DNA of 64,000 bases. It comes from Octopus vulgaris. Lineage: Eukaryota. The DNA lies in NCBI GenBank assembly GCA_951406725.2, contig OX597814.1:163494001-163558000 (forward strand). The letters run 5' to 3'. Below the pieces are notes generated by a model. The model searched no databases and was not told where the DNA came from. It was given only the letters and a program-made list of their open reading frames with translations. Below are positions 57,040 through 64,000 of the stretch, piece by piece (positions within the stretch are counted from its first letter, which is position 1; the number at the start of each line of letters is the position of its first letter). Position numbers and translations under genes: made by a program.

Positions 57040-57369
57040 CAAGGGTTCTCAACCATTTTTTATCGATGGACCCCCTTTGATTACTATTTTATTCTGGTGG
57101 ACCCCTTTATCCATTTGATGTTTAAAAACTAGTTTTATAGAATGTTATTTATTAATTAATGTTTTCACACATTAATTTGTGCAGGTTGAACTATGTAAAA
57201 TGTTAGTGAAAGAAATCTTGCTGTTTCTTGCAATACATATCAATACCTATGTCTAAAGCAAAATTTCTTCAGGTGCTCCTAAAATACTATTTACTGTTTT
57301 GCTATGTGGACCCCCAGAAATCTGATGTGAACCCTCAGGTGCTATATAGATCTCAGTTGAGAATGACTG
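57040..57369. mobile_element. Degenerate hAT (Charlie-like) MITE
   Basis: CAAGGGTTCTCAAC ... GTTGAGAATGACTG termini, with internal repeated TGGACCCC motifs. Confidence 0.6.
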
Positions 57370-57973
57370 AAATACAACATCATGAGAACATATCATTGCT
57401 GTTATCATTATGATTATAACTTCTATATAACAATAGCTGATATAAATGTTCGTTGGTTGCTTCTTGATTTCTCCAGTCTGTTTTACATCACACACAGAGA
57501 AGGGCAGTGTGAGAGTAAAAGAGAGATACTGACAGAGTTAACATAAAAGGTATAGGAGAAGCGCACATATGAGGTATGATAGGTGGCAAAGAGTGAAAGA
57601 ATAACATGCACAGTGAGAGAGATAGAATCATAAAGACAGAGGAAGGTGAGGGAGTAAATGAAAGAGTGGTTATGGGAGGAGTTATACAAATGAGGAATTT
57701 GTTCTATTTGAATATATTTTAAAGTTATAATTTTTACCCTGCGAGTGTAAGTGAAAGTAGGGTATTGTAATCACTTGTCTTTGTCTGTGTGTTTTCAAAA
57801 TTACTGGGAAATGGTTGAACGGATTTTCACCACATTTGGCAGAAACACTCACTGGGTGAATGGCTTGAAATGATGAACATTTGGTTTCTTTATCTTAAAA
57901 GAAAAAGATTAAAAAGAAAACAAACTTACAAATTTCTCAATAAGCAAGTGGTTATATTATTTTGTTCACTTTC

Positions 57974-58497
57974 TTTTTCATTTGCATTGACCCTCATCTG
58001 TGTGTGTATAGAACATGGTATACCTATGCATATAGACATGTGTGCATACATACATATGCGACTGTGTGTGTGGGTGTGTGTATATAGTGATGGATTTGAG
58101 GGTTTTGTTTATTTACGAGTTGATTTCTTAATTTCACCAAAGTATATATATCTATAATGGTGATACTTAAAAAAATAAATAAATAAATAATTCAGTTCAA
58201 TTAAAAAGTATGGGTAAGTAATGCATTGTAAGCCACACTATAATTTGAAAAAAATTGTATTTATATGCAAGTTATGCATCCCTGCTCTGAGTTCTATTTT
58301 TTCATGTTTTTAAAAATTAATATTCATTTCATCATTTTTTTTTTCATTTGCATTGACCCTCATCTGTGTGTGTATAGAACATGGTGTACCTATGCACATA
58401 GACATGTGTGCACACATACATACATACATACATAGATATGCGACTGTGTGTGTAGGTGTGTGTATATAGTGATGGATTTGAGGGTTTTGTTTATTTA
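57974..58497. repeat. ~140-160-bp direct duplication
   Basis: 57974-58115 and ~58340-58497 are nearly identical except for an expanded (CATA)n. Confidence 0.9.
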
Positions 58498-58518
58498 ATT
58501 GATAAAATTTAAATATAA

Positions 58519-58671
58519 TGTGGCTGTGTGGTAAGTAGCTTGCTTACCAACCACATGGTTCCGGATTCAGTCCCACTGCGTGGCATCTTGGGCAAGTGTC
58601 TTCTAGTATGGCCTCGGGCCGACCAAAGCCTTGTGAGTGGATTTGGTAAACGGAAACTGAAAGAAGCCTGT

Positions 58672-58722
<51 letters not shown>

Positions 58723-58910
58723 ATGTTTGTGTGTCTGTGTTTGTCCCCCTAGCATTGCTTGATAACCAATGCTGGTGTGTTTACGTCGCCGTCACTTAGC
58801 GGTTCGGCAAAAGAGACTGATAGAATAAGTCCTGGGGTCAATTTTCTTGACTAAAGGCGGTGATCCAGCATGGCCGCAGTCAAATGACTGAAACAAGTGA
58901 AAGAGAAAAG
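58519..58910 (+). mobile_element. Near-complete tRNA-derived SINE
   Basis: A-box TGGCTGTGTGG, B-box GATTCAGTCCC, central body, (TA)n, and tail CAGCATGGCCGCAGTCAAATGACTGAAACAAGT. Confidence 0.85.
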
Positions 58911-59179
58911 AGAAAATCATTATATGTATGTCATATTTCCTGATATTGCCCCTAGTGGCAAAAATATACTTCTAAGGTTACTGCCAGATGATGGATAACA
59001 TTCTAGTTATAATAATCATCAGCATCATAATTGGATGTCTCTCTTCCCATGTTCACACTGGTTGGACAGTTAATTCAACAATAATTAGCACAGCAAATGT
59101 CATTCTTTAATTGCAGACAACACTGGATTTTTTTCTAAAACTTTTTGGAAGACTGGATTTGCCAAAAGCTTTTTGAAAG

Positions 59180-59392
59180 ATGAAGAGAAGCAAAACTGAG
59201 GCGGTAGACAAGGGTGGAAGAAATGAAGATCCACCACCAAACAATCCACAGGCATGCACATTTGTAACAAACCCAGAGGAGCAGGAAGAGTCAGCGCCTT
59301 GTACTGAAGTCAATCAAAGTGAAGTATCAGAAGAAGAAAAAGTGTCAGTTATAGAGATTAATGAAAATCCAGCCTTGCGAATCCTCGACAAT
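59180..59392 (+). CDS. CCDC146: CCDC146 (MBO2-like) first coding exon (exon spans 59117-59392)
   Basis: Acceptor TTAATTGCAG| at 59116 and phase-0 donor AAT|GTGAGA. The acidic N-terminus ends IEINENPALRILDN, similar to human CCDC146 VDLSETPAFIFLHE (recalled). Confidence 0.75.
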
Positions 59393-59861
59393 GTGAGAAA
59401 TCTTCTGCTTTATTCCAAATTTAACTATTATATTGTCTAATTAGTTAAATAGGTGCTAAGGGAAATAACACAAGGAGAAAAGTAACATGAATTTAGTGAA
59501 TTGAGATATGGTGTAATACTGAATGTGACGTCTGTAACAGATTCTAGATGAAATAAAGTTTGCTCATTAGTTGGAGAAAGAAAATAAAAGCTTAGTGGTA
59601 ATTGTCAGTGACTTTGATTTTGTAAGGGACTCTTTTCTGACTTTGTGAAGTGCTGCTTCTCAAAATTGGTGCTGAGGCAGTTAGTTACATATCTAGGTGG
59701 CCTAATAATCATAGGTATAAATTCAAAGCTCCATTCCAGGTGGAGCAACTTACATTCCCATTTGTTAATGATGATGATACATCCTCTTTTTCACTAATTC
59801 TTAACATTTAACAGCACCTGCTCAGCACATGTGTGTGTGTATGTATGTATGTATGTATGTA

Positions 59862-59913
<52 letters not shown>

Positions 59914-60265
59914 TTTGTTTGTTTGTTTGTTTGTTTGTGTGTGTGTGTGTATATATATCTGTGTGTATGTATGTAAATACACATACTGTTTAAATTAAAA
60001 GCAAGAGCTCTTCTATACAACATAAATTGAAATATTTTTGGTAGCTTTAGGCAAACAGTAATATGAAATACTAAAACAACCAGTTTTCTGCTTATTTTTG
60101 AAGTCTACAATTAACCAAGATTCTAAAGAGATTTTAACATAACACTCTCTATATTTTGCTGAAACATTGGTGTTCTTATTGACTGATGACTTCTGCATTG
60201 AAAAATAAATGTATTCTGTGAATTTCTACATAAATAATGTTCCTTTCAATTGCATCATCTTTTAG

Positions 60266-60348
60266 CTTAGCAATTCTGGAAGAATTTCTTCAGCAAAAGC
60301 AACATACTTTAAAGAGAAGTATTTGAAAATGCAGCAACTTCTAACTCA
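60266..60348 (+). CDS. CCDC146: CCDC146 (MBO2-like) second coding exon, 83 nt; gene continues beyond the window
   Basis: CATCTTTTAG| ... CA|GTAAGT. In frame with the previous exon it reads LSNSGRISSAKATYFKEKYLKMQQLLT, versus human [27 protein letters not shown] (recalled). Confidence 0.75.
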
Positions 60349-60709
60349 GTAAGTTATCAATAAAATGTACAGTTGTCTTCGTCATCATTATTGTTATTAT
60401 CATTGCTGTCACTAGTTGTCTGCATCATCATCTTCACTGTCATCGTTGTTGTTATCATCGTTGACATGGCCTCTGCTACTGCCGCCATCTTCATCATCAC
60501 TGACACCATCATCAATTGCGGGGTACACAATCCTTGTTTGTCCTTAGATTATTTTCTTACTGTACACTATCACTGTGGCCCATCATCACCAGACACCATC
60601 AGACCAGTTACCTTACCATGTGGAATGTCAGTAGCTGAAGTCACTGAATTCTTAAACCCTATTGGTTAAACCTGTTAGTACCTGTTACTAATAGACTGTT
60701 TCTTCCATC

Positions 60710-61172
60710 ATGTTGAAGCATTGACCTCCTGGAATCTGTCCAGAGACGTGCAACCAAACGCATACCCTCCATCAGACACCTACCATATTCTGAGCGCCTT
60801 GTTTCCCTGGGCATGGATTCACTGAAGCTCCGGCGTCTGGCGACGGACTTGGTAAACAGCCACAAAGTTATCAACCACCTCACCAACAACAACACTGAAC
60901 ACCTTTTTGATCTCCATGTGTCTAACACACGTGGACATGCCTACAAAGTCAGAAAACAACACAGCTCCCATGACTTTCGGAAACATTTTTTCACGCTCAG
61001 AGTTGCTGAAGCATGGAATAAACTGCCTGCGTCAGTTGTTGACTGCCATGACACTGCATCCTTTAAGGCCCTCATGCTTTCCGAAATCCGCCGAAACTAC
61101 ACCTGTTTATATATACACTTTAGATGAGTTGTAGTGCACCTGAGCACTGTACACAATTATTATTATTATTAT
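60710..61172 (+). mobile_element. CR1-clade LINE 3' end
   Basis: Open frame LLESVQRRATKRIPSIRHLPYSERL...TRGHAYKV...RKHFFTLRVAEAWNKLP, a short 3'UTR and an (ATT)n tail. Confidence 0.88.
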
Positions 61173-62155
61173 ATTTAAAGTTATCTGAAACTGTCTGACC
61201 TTGCTGTTTTATCAGACTATTATGAGACATGAGCTGACAAGAGGAGGCCCAAATATTCTCACCTAGAAGCCATCCTTAAATTTTCTTCATTCTGAGTATG
61301 TATCTGGGGATGAAAATATAATTCTACCCTTACAAAGCTTGATTTAACCTCAGTTCTTCATTACAGATATTTCTCTTTCACCTCCAGTGCATGTCACCAA
61401 TTCTATTATCAAATTCCCAGTCAATGGAGCTTATAATCTGTTAACAAAATATCTTTAATAATTGCACAAGCACTTGAGAAAAATACTTTTTCATGTGTAA
61501 TATAGTAGCATAATTTGTAGAGCATCATGAAAAATACTTTATGGTGTCTGCTTATGTCCCTTTTCATTCAGTCTTCAAACTTCTCCAAACTTTCTTCATG
61601 TTAATTCTTTCTGAAGTTGAGAAAAGAAATACTATTATAGCAGAGATATTTGCAAGGTAGGTAGTTCCTAGTCAATCTAAAATTGCAAATGTTAATTAAG
61701 GAATATAACAAGTAAATTACTTCACTTTAATTAAGTAAAAGTAAATTTAAGGTATCAAATCCATTATGTAATTCAAGAATATTTTGAAATTAGACAGGTA
61801 AAATTTCAATCCTTTCAACTACAATGTATACATTTAGGTGTGATTATGTTGTATTGTGTGCTTTGGGTGTAACTACAAAATGTATTAAATAGCATTCCAT
61901 AAATGAAAAAGGGATTCATGCCTTTTGCTCAGTGTCGTATCAATCAAAGATTTGGAAGAAATACTGGAATATATGTTTCGTTGTATTTCTTTTGACCCTT
62001 TACTTTTTGAGTTCAAATCCCACTGGAATCAGTTTTTTCCTTTTGTCTTTTTGGGTTAAGTAAAATAAAGTACCAGTCAAGTGCTGGGGTCAATGTAATC
62101 ACTCTTCAGAATTGTTGGCTTTGTGCCTCAATCAAAAAACCATTATTGTTGATGT

Positions 62156-63930
62156 TCGTCATCATTATCATCATCGTTTAGCGTCTGCTTTCCATGCTGG
62201 CAGGGGCTGGACGATTTGACAGAGGGCTGGTGAGCCAGAAGGCTGCACCAGGCTCCAATATGATCTGGCAGAGTTTCTACAGCTGGATGCTCTTTTTACT
62301 GCCGACCACTCCAAGAGTGTAGTGGGTGCTTTTTATGTGCCACTGGCATGAGGGCCAGTCAGGCAGTACTGACATCGGCCACACTCAAATGGTGCTTTTT
62401 ATATTCCACTGGCACAGGAGTCAGTCAGGCGGCACTGGCAACGACTACGCTCAAATGGTATTTTTTACGTGCCACCAGCACAGGAGCCAGTCTAGTGACA
62501 CTGGTAATGATCACACTCAAATGCTGCTTTTTGCATGCCACTGGCATGGGACCCAGTCAGGTGGCACTGGCAACGATCATGCTCAAATGGTGATTTTGAC
62601 ATGCCACTGGCACGGGTGCCAATCAGGCGGTACTGTCATCATGACAACAATTTCACTTGGCTCGACAGGTCTTTGCAAGCGCAGATTATTGCCCAACAAT
62701 TAAAGGGTATTCTTAAATGGGCTGGTTATGCTGCACTGGCTTAGACCACAGTTATGGCCTCACTTGGCTTGCCAGGTTTTCGCAAGCACAGCATATCTCC
62801 AAAGGTCTCAGTCACTTGTCATTGCCTCGGTGAGGCCCAATGTTTGAAGTTTGTGCTTCATCACCTCATCCCAGTCTTCCTGGGTCTACCTCTTTCATAG
62901 GTTCCCTCTGCTAGAGTGTGACACTTTTTCACAAAGCTGTTCTCATCCATTCACAACACATGACCACACCAGCGCAGTCGTCTCTCTTGCACACCACATC
63001 TGATGCTTCTTAAGTTCAACTTTTCTCTCAGGGTGCTTACTCTCTGTCGTGTATGCACACTAACATTATACATTCAGCAGAGCATATTGGATTTATTCCT
63101 TGCAAGCTTACACTTGTCCTCAGCAGTCACAGCCCATGTTTCACTGCCATGTAGCATAGCTGTTTGCACACATGCATCATACAGTCTACCTTTTACTCTG
63201 AGCAAGAGGCCCTTTGTCGCCAGCAGAGGTAGAAACTCTCTGAACTTTGCCCAGGCTATTCTTATTCTAGCAGCTACACTCTCAGAGCACCCACCCCTGC
63301 TACTGACTTAGTCACCTAGGTAACAGAAGCTATCAACTACTTGTAGCTTTTCTCCCTGGAATGTGATGGAAGCTGTTTTCTGCACATTTTCTGTGCTTAT
63401 TGCACCTGAGCATTTGCCACACACAAAAACTACCTTCCCAGTTAACCTTCCTATGATATTGCTGCACCTCTTATGTATCCATAGCTTACACAAGGTACAT
63501 CTTATGGAGTTTCCACCTACGCCTTTTCTACAGATCGAGCAGGGCCATCTATCTGAAGGGATTTGTGGTTTGTCTGCCTTCCTACTTATGAAGACTTTGG
63601 TTTTTTGCTAAGTTGACTCTAAGGCCCTTCGATTCTAGACCTTGCTTCCACACCTGAAACTTATCCTCTAGTTCTGATAGTGACTCAGCTATTAGAGCAA
63701 GGTCATCAGCATAGAGAAGCTCCCAGGGACATCCTGTCTTGAATCCCTTTGTTATTGCCTGGAATACTATGATGAATAAGAGGAGACTGAACCTTGGTGG
63801 ACCTCTACCCCTACCTCAAATTCTTCACTGTACTCGTTTCCAAACCTCATCTTACTGACAGCATCCCTGTACATGGCTTGTACAGCTCTCACTAACCACT
63901 CATCTATCTCTAGTTTCCTCATTGACCAAT
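62156..63930 (-). mobile_element. 5'-truncated RTE-type LINE in CCDC146 intron
   Basis: EWLVRAVQAMYRDA, CPWELLYADDLAL, a Cys-rich finger, DSFCYLGD, AWAKFREFLPLL and RRLRWCGHVL, plus a 3'UTR with five 66-bp units. Confidence 0.9.
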
Positions 63931-64000
63931 TTTTTTTCCAAGATAAGAGTAATAAAGACGAATAGAGTCAATGAATTGTTCAGTTAAATGCAATATATAT

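Noticed and set aside
58519-58600. tRNA gene
   Set aside because: A and B boxes are present, but they are the head of a multi-copy SINE and no full cloverleaf is evident.
60373-60669. Hydrophobic 98-aa ORF resembling a membrane protein
   Set aside because: Derived from degenerate (ATC/GTT)n trinucleotide repeats in an intron.
61572-61656. Possible third CCDC146 coding exon (TTCAG|...AAG|GTAGGT)
   Set aside because: In the phase required by exon 60266-60348 it hits a TGA after 14 codons and does not resemble the expected TQESE... continuation. At most an untested poison exon.

Overview
Repeat-rich, AT-rich animal genomic DNA. The SINE/LINE families and microsatellite load look like a coleoid cephalopod, most likely Octopus (inference). 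The clearest content is a complete 10-exon RUVBL1 (pontin) gene on the minus strand (CDS 37392-53693). All introns are GT-AG and the exons sum to 1371 nt = 456 aa + stop. Head-to-head with it lies the 5' part of a CCDC146/MBO2-like ciliary gene on the plus strand (coding exons 59180-59392 and 60266-60348), and two adjacent RFX X-box-like motifs sit between the genes. The rest is mostly transposon-derived: R4/Dong-type LINEs beside (TAA)n tracts, many RTE LINE copies with a PHD-like finger and 66-bp 3'UTR arrays, a CR1 3' end, mariner/Tc1 relics, hAT- and piggyBac-like MITEs, an intact non-autonomous Helitron and tRNA-derived SINEs. A segment at 23.7-24.3 kb carries hammerhead-ribozyme-like motifs, and three fold-back inverted duplications cluster at 22-26 kb. 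A second, unassigned CpG-rich bidirectional promoter candidate lies near 18.8-19.05 kb. No CRISPR array or prokaryotic system is present. Homologies were recognised from memory, not from database searches.
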